From positions 915 to 64,914 of the forward strand of contig JBPCJW010000142.1 of NCBI GenBank assembly GCA_051004915.1: 64,000 nt of DNA, given 5' to 3'. Below the pieces are notes generated by a model, which ran no database searches, was not told the DNA's origin, and was given only the letters and a program-made list of their open reading frames with translations. Origin of the DNA: Ilumatobacteraceae bacterium (GTDB lineage Bacteria; Actinomycetota; Acidimicrobiia; Acidimicrobiales; Ilumatobacteraceae). Within the stretch, counting starts at the first letter, position 1. Every line of letters begins with the position of its first letter. The position numbers were made by a program, and so were the translations under genes. Below are positions 50,342 to 57,880 of this stretch, piece by piece.

Positions 50342-52495
50342 GTGAGCCACCGGTACCTGTGGACGCCACTTGCGCTCGGCCCGGTGATGACGCGCAACCG
50401 GATCGTGTTCTCGGCGCACCTCACGAACTACGCCCGAGACGGCCTCCCGACCGAGCAGCACGCCGCCTACTACGAGGCGCGGGCGGCGGGCGGGACGGGC
50501 TTGATCGTGACCGAGGAGCACTCGACGCACCCCACCGACTGGCCCTACGAGAAGCTGATCCACGGGTTCCACCGCGACGTCATCCCCGGCTATCGGCGGA
50601 TCACGGAGGCCGTGCACCGCCACGGCGTCCCGATCTTCGCCCAGATCAACCACAACGGTGGGCAGGCGTCGTCGATGTACACCCGCCTGCCGGTCTGGGC
50701 GCCTTCGGCCGTCGCCGACCCGTTGTTCCGGGAGGTCCCGAAGGCGGTCACGCAGGCCGAGATCGACGAGATCGTCGCCGGCTACGCGCTCGTCGCCGAG
50801 CACTGCGCCGAAGGCGGCTTCGACGGCATCGAGCTGCAGTGCAGCCACTCGTCCATCGTGCGTGGCTTCCTGTCGCTGTCGACCAACCGCCGCACCGACG
50901 GGTACGGCGGCAGCCTCGAGCACCGAGTTCGGCTGCTGCACGAGATCGTCGCCGCCGTGCGCCGCGTGATCGGCCATCGCCTGGCCCTCGGCGTTCGGCT
51001 GTGCGGGGACGAGCTGATCGACGGCGGGACGACGATCGGCGAGGCCGTCGAGGTCGCCCGGATGATCGAGGCGAAGGGTCAGGTGGACTACATCAACACG
51101 TCGATCGGTGTGGCCACCGCCACGCTGTACATGATCGAGGCGTCGATGCACGTGCCTCCCGGGTACGCGCTGTTCATCCCCTCTGCGATCCGGGAAGCCG
51201 TCGACCTGCCGGTGGTCGGCGTCGGCCGTTTCAAGGACCCGCTGCAGGCCGAGCGGGCGCTGGCGGAGGGCCATTGCGACCTCGTCGGCGTCGTCCGCGG
51301 CCAGATCGCCGACGCCGACTTCGCGGCCAAAGCGAGGGCCGGGGCGACCGAGGAGATCCGCCTCTGCCTGTCCTGCAACCAAGAGTGCGTCGGCCGGATG
51401 GGGCTCAACCGCTGGCTCGGCTGCATCGAGAACCCGACCACCGGCAAGGAATCCCGGTCTGTCCGCAGCCCCATGGGGGCTGCGGACCCAGGGGGCCCCA
51501 TCCCCGTGCGGCTCGCTGGCGCTGGCGCGCCCGGGCGTCCGCTTCGCGTCCGCAGCAACCAACTCACAACGGCAGGATCGTCCGGACAGAACGATGTGCT
51601 GGTCGTCGGGGCGGGCCCGGGGGGTTTGCAGGCGGCGATCAGCGCGGCGCGCCACGGTCACCGGGTGACGGTGTGGGAGCGCAACGCGCAACCCGGGGGG
51701 CAGGTGCGCCTGGCGGCGCTGGTCCCCAACCGCGCCGAGCTCGGCGACATGATCCGCAACCAGGTCAGCGAGTGTCGGCGGTTGGGCGTGCGCATCGAGT
51801 GCGGCGTCAAGGCGACGGTGGAGCGGATCCGAGGTCACGCCCCGAGCCACGTGATCGTCGCCACCGGGGCGATCCCCGCTCGCCCGTGGTGGATCGGTGG
51901 TGAGGTGACCAACGCCTGCGACGTGTGCGACGTGCTGGCCGGTACGGCCACGCCGACGGGACGCGTCGCGGTGATCGACGAGCTCGGCTTCCACCAGGCC
52001 ACGTCGGTCGCGGAGCTGCTGGCCGATCGTGGCTGTTCGGTCGAGATCATCACGCCGGGGATGGTCGTCGGCCAAGACCTCGGCATCACCCTCGACCTCG
52101 AGCAGTGGTGGATGCGAGCGATGGCCAAGGGCATCGTGCAGTCGACCGATCTCGTGCCGATGGGATTCGACGGCATCACCCTGACGCTGCTCCACCACCC
52201 GACCGGCGAGAACGAGGAGCGCACACCCGACTGGGTCGTCTTGGCTGTGCCAGCGATCCCCGCCGACGACCTGTACCACGAGCTGCGGGCGGCGGGGATC
52301 TCCGTCGACCGGGTCGGCGACTGCGTCGCGCCTCGCCGCGCCCACGCCGCGGTCGTCGAGGGCGAGCGAGCCGGCACCGATGTGCCATCGCGCCCGGCTC
52401 CGCCCGACGCCGCGCCCGTGCAGACGTCTGCCACCAGAACCCGCTTGGCGTTCCGGCGCCGCCGACCATCGCCGGACGCCGAACTCGTCGGATGA
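50342..52495 (+). CDS. NADPH-dependent 2,4-dienoyl-CoA reductase-like flavoprotein (OYE domain + 4Fe-4S + FAD/NAD domain)
   Basis: LTNYARDGL...AYYEARAAGGTGLIVTE, INHNGGQ, GFDGIELQCSHSSIV, CLSCNQEC (Fe-S), VLVVGAGPGGLQAA, and a second Rossmann fold. Confidence 0.88.
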   Translation: MSHRYLWTPLALGPVMTRNRIVFSAHLTNYARDGLPTEQHAAYYEARAAGGTGLIVTEEHSTHPTDWPYEKLIHGFHRDVIPGYRRITEAVHRHGVPIFAQINHNGGQASSMYTRLPVWAPSAVADPLFREVPKAVTQAEIDEIVAGYALVAEHCAEGGFDGIELQCSHSSIVRGFLSLSTNRRTDGYGGSLEHRVRLLHEIVAAVRRVIGHRLALGVRLCGDELIDGGTTIGEAVEVARMIEAKGQVDYINTSIGVATATLYMIEASMHVPPGYALFIPSAIREAVDLPVVGVGRFKDPLQAERALAEGHCDLVGVVRGQIADADFAAKARAGATEEIRLCLSCNQECVGRMGLNRWLGCIENPTTGKESRSVRSPMGAADPGGPIPVRLAGAGAPGRPLRVRSNQLTTAGSSGQNDVLVVGAGPGGLQAAISAARHGHRVTVWERNAQPGGQVRLAALVPNRAELGDMIRNQVSECRRLGVRIECGVKATVERIRGHAPSHVIVATGAIPARPWWIGGEVTNACDVCDVLAGTATPTGRVAVIDELGFHQATSVAELLADRGCSVEIITPGMVVGQDLGITLDLEQWWMRAMAKGIVQSTDLVPMGFDGITLTLLHHPTGENEERTPDWVVLAVPAIPADDLYHELRAAGISVDRVGDCVAPRRAHAAVVEGERAGTDVPSRPAPPDAAPVQTSATRTRLAFRRRRPSPDAELVG
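51461..51556 (+). other. 87-bp in-frame insertion bounded by 9-bp direct repeats GTCCGCAGC within the reductase gene
   Basis: gtccgcagc occurs at 51461-51469 and 51548-51556, exactly 87 nt apart. The insertion opens with the hairpin gtccgcagcccc-at-gggggctgcggac (12-bp stem). Confidence 0.7.
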
Positions 52496-53121
52496 GCTGG
52501 CTGTCCGCGCTGACGGATTGGCTGGAGGACGTCGCCAGCCAATGGTGGTTCCTGATCGTGATCTTCGGCATCGCCCTGCTCGACTCCGTCATCCCGCTCG
52601 TGCCGAGCGAGACGACGGTCATCATCGGCGGCGTGGCGGCCGGCTCTGGCGACCAGAACCTGGCGCTCGTGATCCTGGCCGGAGCGCTCGGCGCGCTGTG
52701 CGGCGACAACGTGGCGTATGCCGTTGGCCGCAGCTTGGCGCCATGGTTCTACCGGCGGGCGGAGCAGCGGGACAAGACCAGGCGCCGGCTCGACTGGGCG
52801 CGCACCCAGATCCGAGCGCGCGGAGGCCTGCTGTTGATCACTGCCCGGTTCGTCCCGGGCGGCCGCACGGCGCTGACGCTCACCTCCGGCGTCACCCACC
52901 AGCCGTGGGGGTGGTTTGCCGGATGGATCGCCATCGCCGCCGTGATCTGGGCGACGTACGCAGCCGTCCTCGGGGCGATCTTCGGCAGCACGTTCCAGGA
53001 CAACCACACGCTGGCGTTCCTGCTCGCGTTCGCCGCCGCGCTCGGCATCACCGTCGTCATCGAGATCGTCCGTCACGTCCGCAGCCGACCGGCAGAGCAC
53101 GGCCCACCACCGCTGCCGTGA
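52492..53121 (+). CDS. DedA family membrane protein
   Basis: ATG 52492 overlaps the reductase stop (ATGA). LLDSVIPLVPSETTVIIGG and ARFVPGGRTALTLTSG are DedA/SNARE-associated motifs. Confidence 0.85.
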   Translation: MSWLSALTDWLEDVASQWWFLIVIFGIALLDSVIPLVPSETTVIIGGVAAGSGDQNLALVILAGALGALCGDNVAYAVGRSLAPWFYRRAEQRDKTRRRLDWARTQIRARGGLLLITARFVPGGRTALTLTSGVTHQPWGWFAGWIAIAAVIWATYAAVLGAIFGSTFQDNHTLAFLLAFAAALGITVVIEIVRHVRSRPAEHGPPPLP

Positions 53122-53159
53122 TCTCGGCCTTCCTGTCGCAGGCCGATCGCGGCGCCCGA

Positions 53160-53715
53160 TCAGTCCTCGACCGGAGCGGTCAGCGCCTTCCAGAACGCGA
53201 TCTTGTCATCGCCCGGGCCGTAGAACTCGCGGATGTGCGCTTCCTCGTCGTAGCCAAGCTGTCGATAGAACGACCTCGCTCGCTCGTAGCCGTCGAGGCT
53301 CGACGTTTCGACGATCAGCACGCGAGCGACGGCGGCCCCCCGGCTGCGCAGCGCATCCTCGACCTGCGCGACCAGCGTGCTGCCCAGGCCGGCTCGATGC
53401 TGCCCGGGCCTGACAGCCAGGAGTAGAGGTTCCACATCCGATGGGCGAACGGCTCGGGCGCGTAGTACGCAGCACCCGCAACGTGCCCGTGCGCATCGTC
53501 GACCACCACCCACGCGTGTCCTCGAGACTGCCGTCGAGATGGCCGCCGAGCATTTCGTCGAAGCCGCCCATGTCCTCGCGCTCGAACATGCCGTTGTCGA
53601 GCGCGAGGCCCCTGATCGCACCGGCATCGGCGGCGCTGGCGGCACGAACGGTGGACGCCACGACATCGGTTCGGATGAACGGTGATTCCACGTCGGCAGT
53701 CTCGCCGCACCGCAC
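53160..53715 (-). pseudogene. GNAT N-acetyltransferase disrupted by two frameshifts
   Basis: The GNAT-like sequence is split over three reading frames. Frame A: ...VRAASAADAGAIRGLALDNGMFEREDMGGFDEMLGGHLDGSLED. Frame B: GHAWVVVDDAHGHVAGAAYYAPEPFAHRMWNLY. Frame C: LLLAVRPGQHRAGLGSTLVAQVEDALRSRGAAVARVLIVETSSLDGYERARSFYRQLGYDEEAHIREFYGPGDDKIAFWKAL. The switch points are near 53525 and 53420. Confidence 0.7.
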
Positions 53716-53756
53716 GGCTGAGCAGTCGTTGTTTTGGGTGACCGAGCTCTCGATCC

Positions 53757-54755
53757 ATGGCGAGATCCGTGACCCCGATCCAGAACTCCACGCGGCCGCC
53801 TACCCTGGCCGACGTGTTGGCGGTCGTTCCGGTGCGCGACGGGGTGGTGCCCGCCGGCGGTGCGGAGACCGTCGCCGAGTGCGGCGGCCGGACCCTGCTC
53901 GTCGGGTCGTCGCCCGACGACGACGCCCTCGCCGGGGTCGGCCGTGACGTCCAAGTGCTCGAGCTCGGTGCGTTCGCGGCGGGCCGGTGGTCCGACGCGC
54001 TGGCGCCGCTCCTGGCTGACGAACACCTCGTCGTGCTGCCCGGATCACCGGACGGTCGCGACCTCGCGCCGCGGCTGGCCCACGCCCTCGACCGTCCGCT
54101 GCTGGCTGGCGCGATCCGCGTGTCGGCGATCGCGGCGCAGCTGGCCAGGGGGACGCACCTGCACGACTTCACCATCTCGGGTCCGGTGGTCGTCACGCTG
54201 CAGCCGGGAGTGCGCGGCATCGTCGTCGACCCTGCATCCGAGTGCCTGGTGAGGGGGCTCCCCGCACCGGACACTCGGTCGGCCCGAAACGCTCGGATCT
54301 CTTCCGCTCGGGACGCGACGGTGGTCGAGGTGTTGCCGCCCGATGTGGCGACGATGGACCTGATCGAGGCGGACCGGATCTTCGGCGGCGGCGCCGGCCT
54401 CGAGGACGAAGAGCGCTTCGTGCAACTGACGGCAGTCGCCAGCGCGCTCGGCGCGTCGATGGGTGCCACACGCGTCATCACCGACCGCGGCTGGGTCGCC
54501 CACCAGCGCCAGATCGGCACGACGGGCGTGGTCGTCGACCCGACGCTGTACGTCGCGCTCGGCGTCAGCGGCGCCGTCCAACACACCGCGGGGCTGGGCA
54601 CGCCCGACCACATCGTCAGCGTCAACACCGATGCCCACTGCCCGATGATGCAGCTTGCGGACCTGGCCGTCGTCGCCGATGCCAACGCTGTCCTGGACGA
54701 GCTCGTCCGCTTGCTGACACCCTCGCCGCAGCCGATCGGCGTCGCTGCTGACTGA
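53757..54755 (+). CDS. etfA: electron transfer flavoprotein alpha subunit (FixB/EtfA)
   Basis: C-terminal FAD-binding motif GASMGATRVITDRGWVAHQRQIGTTGVVVDPTLYVALGVSGAVQHTAGL. An alternative start is GTG 53814. Confidence 0.88.
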   Translation: MARSVTPIQNSTRPPTLADVLAVVPVRDGVVPAGGAETVAECGGRTLLVGSSPDDDALAGVGRDVQVLELGAFAAGRWSDALAPLLADEHLVVLPGSPDGRDLAPRLAHALDRPLLAGAIRVSAIAAQLARGTHLHDFTISGPVVVTLQPGVRGIVVDPASECLVRGLPAPDTRSARNARISSARDATVVEVLPPDVATMDLIEADRIFGGGAGLEDEERFVQLTAVASALGASMGATRVITDRGWVAHQRQIGTTGVVVDPTLYVALGVSGAVQHTAGLGTPDHIVSVNTDAHCPMMQLADLAVVADANAVLDELVRLLTPSPQPIGVAAD

Positions 54756-54771
54756 GCGCGACTACGACGTC

Positions 54772-56055
54772 GTGGTGGTCGGCGCCGGGCCGGCCGGCTC
54801 GTGCGCCGCCACGGTGCTGGCCAGGGCCGGCCGACGCGTGCTGCTGTTGGAGCGGGGGCCCTTCGCCGGGAGCAAGAACATGTACGGCGGGGTCGTCTAC
54901 CCCCGCGTGCTCGACGGGCTGCACCCCGGATGGTGGGAATCGGCGCCCGTCCAGCGTTGGGTCACCCGCCGCTCGACCATGCTGCTCACGGCGGACCAGG
55001 CCGTCACCGTCGACTTCCGTTGCGCCAGCTGGGGTCGCCCGCCGTACAACGGCGCCACTGCGCTGCGTCCGGACTTCGACCACTGGCTGGCCGGTCTGGC
55101 CGAGGCCGACGGCGCCGAGCTCGTCTGCTCGACCACCGCGACCGGCTTGTTGCGCAACCCGGACGGCACGGTCGTCGGCGTGCGCACCGACCGGCCGGAC
55201 GGCGACGTGCGGGCCGGCGTGGTCATCGCCTGCGACGGCGTGAACAGCTTCCTGGCCAAGGAGGCCGGGCTGTTCGAGCACGACGACGCCGACCACTACA
55301 CGCTCGGTGTCAAGGAGACGCTCGGCCTGCCGAAGGACGTCATCGACGAGCGGTTCAACGTGCGCGACCGGGCCGGCGTGGACATCGAGATCGTCGGCGG
55401 CACCGGCGCCGTGAACGGCGGGGCGTTCGTGTACACCAACCTCGACACCGTCGCCGTCGGCGTCGTCCTGAAGCTGCCGGCGCTCGCCGCCCAGCAGCGC
55501 CGCCCGGAGGACATCATCGCCACGCTCAAGAGCCATCCGGCGATCGCGCCGCTCGTCGAGGGAGGCGAGGTGAAGGAGTACTCGGCGCACCTGATCCCGG
55601 AGGCGGGCCTGGCGATGATGCCGCAGCTAGCCGGCGACGGGCTGCTGGTCGCCGGTGATGCGGCGGCGATGTGCCTGGCGGCCGGCATCTGGCTGGAGGG
55701 CGTCAACTTCGCCATGGCCAGCGGGATGGCCGCCGGCGAGGCGGCCGACGCTGCATTGTCCATCGGGGACACGTCGAAGGCTGGCCTGGCCGGGTACGTG
55801 CGGCGGCTGTCCGACAACTTCGTGCTGCGCGACCATCGCAAGCTGCGCCGCGCTCCCGAGCTGGTGCTGTCGGACCGCGTTCAGCACGTCTACCCGCAGC
55901 TCGTCGCCAACACGGTCGAGGCAATGTTCCGCGTCGACAACCCGCACCCCAAGCCGGGATTGCGGCACATCCTCACCGCCCAGCGCAAGCGCCTCGGGAT
56001 CCGACGCCGCGACCTCCTCCGCGACGCGATCACCGGCTGGAGGACGTTCGGATGA
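54772..56055 (+). CDS. fixC: FAD-dependent oxidoreductase FixC (ETF-quinone oxidoreductase-like)
   Basis: VVGAGPAGSCAATVLARAGRRVLLLERG. The homologous DYDVVVVG dinucleotide-fold start extends upstream of the first GTG (in-frame codons ERDYDV at 54754-54771), so the true start may be a non-canonical codon (CTG 54745 or 54748). Confidence 0.88.
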   Translation: MVVGAGPAGSCAATVLARAGRRVLLLERGPFAGSKNMYGGVVYPRVLDGLHPGWWESAPVQRWVTRRSTMLLTADQAVTVDFRCASWGRPPYNGATALRPDFDHWLAGLAEADGAELVCSTTATGLLRNPDGTVVGVRTDRPDGDVRAGVVIACDGVNSFLAKEAGLFEHDDADHYTLGVKETLGLPKDVIDERFNVRDRAGVDIEIVGGTGAVNGGAFVYTNLDTVAVGVVLKLPALAAQQRRPEDIIATLKSHPAIAPLVEGGEVKEYSAHLIPEAGLAMMPQLAGDGLLVAGDAAAMCLAAGIWLEGVNFAMASGMAAGEAADAALSIGDTSKAGLAGYVRRLSDNFVLRDHRKLRRAPELVLSDRVQHVYPQLVANTVEAMFRVDNPHPKPGLRHILTAQRKRLGIRRRDLLRDAITGWRTFG

Positions 56056-56348
56056 GCGATCGCGACTGGCTCGTGTCGTTCGACGACGTCATCGCTACGA
56101 CGCGCTTCGACGTGGCTGAGCGTGCCCACATCGTCGTCGACGGCGACGTCTGTCGGGATTGCAGCACGCGCGACTGCGTCGTCGCCTGCCCGGCGAAGCT
56201 CTTCGTGCCGACTGCCGACGGCGGGATCCTCTTCAACTACGAGCAGTGCTTCGAGTGTGGCACCTGCTACCTCGTGTGCAACGAGGAGGGCGCCATCTCG
56301 TGGTCGTACCCGGAGGGTGGTCACGGCGTGGTGTTCCGCCGGTCGTGA
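56052..56348 (+). CDS. fixX: ferredoxin-like protein FixX
   Basis: ATG overlaps the fixC stop (ATGA). CRDCSTRDCVVACPAKLF...CFECGTCYLVCNEEGAISWSYPEGGHGVVFR is the FixX signature. Confidence 0.9.
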   Translation: MSDRDWLVSFDDVIATTRFDVAERAHIVVDGDVCRDCSTRDCVVACPAKLFVPTADGGILFNYEQCFECGTCYLVCNEEGAISWSYPEGGHGVVFRRS

Positions 56349-57139
56349 TCGTCGTCGCCCGCAAGTGGCCGACCGGTGACGTCGGCGACGAGCGGTGGTC
56401 CGCCGTGTCGGAATCCGACCGCGCCGCGCTGGAGGTCGGGCTGCGCCTGGCCGAGGCGAGCGGCGACTCGGTCACCGTCGTCACGGTCGGCGGGTCGGGA
56501 GCCGATCCGTCGCTGCGCGAGGCGTTGGCCGTCGGTGCGGTGCGTGCCGTACGCATCGACTCGTCGGCCGATCTGCGCAGTGATGCCGTCGCGTGGGCCA
56601 TCGCCGAGGTGGCACGCGACGCGCGATGGGTCGTCTGTGGCGATGCCTCGTCGGACCGTGGATCGGGGGCGGTCCCGGCGTTCCTTGCCGCCGAGCTCGG
56701 CGCAGCCCAGGCGCTCGGACTCGTGACCGTCGAGGCGGATCGCGGAGACGGCGGAGATGGAGAGACGGTGCGAGCGGTGCGCCGCCTCGACGGCGGGCGG
56801 CGCGAGGTGCTCAGCGTGGCGGCGCCCGCGGTGCTGTCGGTCGAAGGGTCGGTCGCCCGGCTGCGCCGCGCCGCCCTGACGGCGAAGGTGGGCACCCGCA
56901 CGATGCCGATCGAGGTGCTGGCGGGTCCGTCCGGGCCGCTCGACGAGCCGGCCGCCGTCGTGGCCTACCGGCCTCGGCCACGAGCCATGCCCGTGCCCGC
57001 CGGGGATGCACTGGCCCGCGTGCGCACACTGACCGACCTCGCCGGCGGTCCGGTGGGACACGGTGAGGTCGTCACGCTCGACCCACCGGCCGCGGCGGCC
57101 AAGATCCTCGCCACCCTCACCACCTGGGGCTACCGATAG
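56345..57139 (+). CDS. etfB: electron transfer flavoprotein beta subunit (FixA/EtfB)
   Basis: GTG overlaps the fixX stop (GTGA). VIVVARKWP..., VVCGDASSDRGSGAVPAFLAAELG and LSVEGSVARLRRAAL are typical EtfB motifs. Confidence 0.85.
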   Translation: MIVVARKWPTGDVGDERWSAVSESDRAALEVGLRLAEASGDSVTVVTVGGSGADPSLREALAVGAVRAVRIDSSADLRSDAVAWAIAEVARDARWVVCGDASSDRGSGAVPAFLAAELGAAQALGLVTVEADRGDGGDGETVRAVRRLDGGRREVLSVAAPAVLSVEGSVARLRRAALTAKVGTRTMPIEVLAGPSGPLDEPAAVVAYRPRPRAMPVPAGDALARVRTLTDLAGGPVGHGEVVTLDPPAAAAKILATLTTWGYR

Positions 57140-57205
57140 GTGCAACGCCGGCCGCACTGTGCGGTCCAGCGGCAGGTCGGACGGTGAGGCAGTACCGTCG
57201 CCGGG

Positions 57206-57880
57206 GTGCGCCTGACGGACCAGACGTGGCCGGACACCGCGGCTGCGTGCCCGGTCGTGGGCGTGCCGGTCGGATCCTGCGAGCAGCACGGCCCACACCT
57301 GCCGCTCGGCACGGACACCGTCATCGCCGAGGCACTCGTCGGGCGCCTGGCGGCCCTGCGCCCCTCGATCGTCATCGGCCCGACCTTGACGGTGACGGCC
57401 AGTGGCGAGCACGCCGGCTTCGCCGGCACGTTGTCCATCGGGAGCGACGTGCTGTCCTCGATGATCGTCGAGCTCGTCCGCTCGGCCGACTGGTCCGGCG
57501 GCGTCGTCCTCGTCAACGGGCACGGCGGGAACCGTGAGGCGGTCGATCGGGCCGTCGCCGTGCTGCGCTCGGAACGCCGGCCCGTGCTGGCGTGGTGGCC
57601 GTCGCTGGCCGGCGGCGATGCCCATGCCGGCCGCACCGAGACGTCGATCATGCTGACCCTGCGACCGGACCTCGTGCGCCAGGACCGCGCCGTCGTCGGC
57701 GAGACCGCTCCGCTCCCCCAGTTGATGGGCCGGCTGCGCGCCGGCGGCGTGGCCGTGGTCGAACGGTCCGGCGTGCTCGGCGACCCCACTGGCGCCACTC
57801 GAGCAGAGGGCGAGACCATCCTGCGCCGACTGACCGACGACCTCGTCGCCGCGTTCGACCGCTGGAACGCCGGCCGGTGA
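57206..57880 (+). CDS. creatininase-family amidohydrolase (mycofactocin peptidase MftE-like)
   Basis: VVGVPVGSCEQHGPHLPLGTD, SGEHAGFAGTLS, VLVNGHGGN and DAHAGRTETS are the creatinine amidohydrolase metal-ligand pattern. It is directly coupled (GTGA) to an MftF-like GT2. Confidence 0.75.
   Translation: MRLTDQTWPDTAAACPVVGVPVGSCEQHGPHLPLGTDTVIAEALVGRLAALRPSIVIGPTLTVTASGEHAGFAGTLSIGSDVLSSMIVELVRSADWSGGVVLVNGHGGNREAVDRAVAVLRSERRPVLAWWPSLAGGDAHAGRTETSIMLTLRPDLVRQDRAVVGETAPLPQLMGRLRAGGVAVVERSGVLGDPTGATRAEGETILRRLTDDLVAAFDRWNAGR

Noticed and set aside
57140-57205. Search for an mftA-like precursor ORF ahead of the MftE-like gene
   Set aside because: The 66-bp gap contains no ORF ending in ...GVY, only a weak 5-bp hairpin (ccgca-ctg-tgcgg). 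No candidate was seen elsewhere by eye, but a systematic small-ORF scan was not possible.
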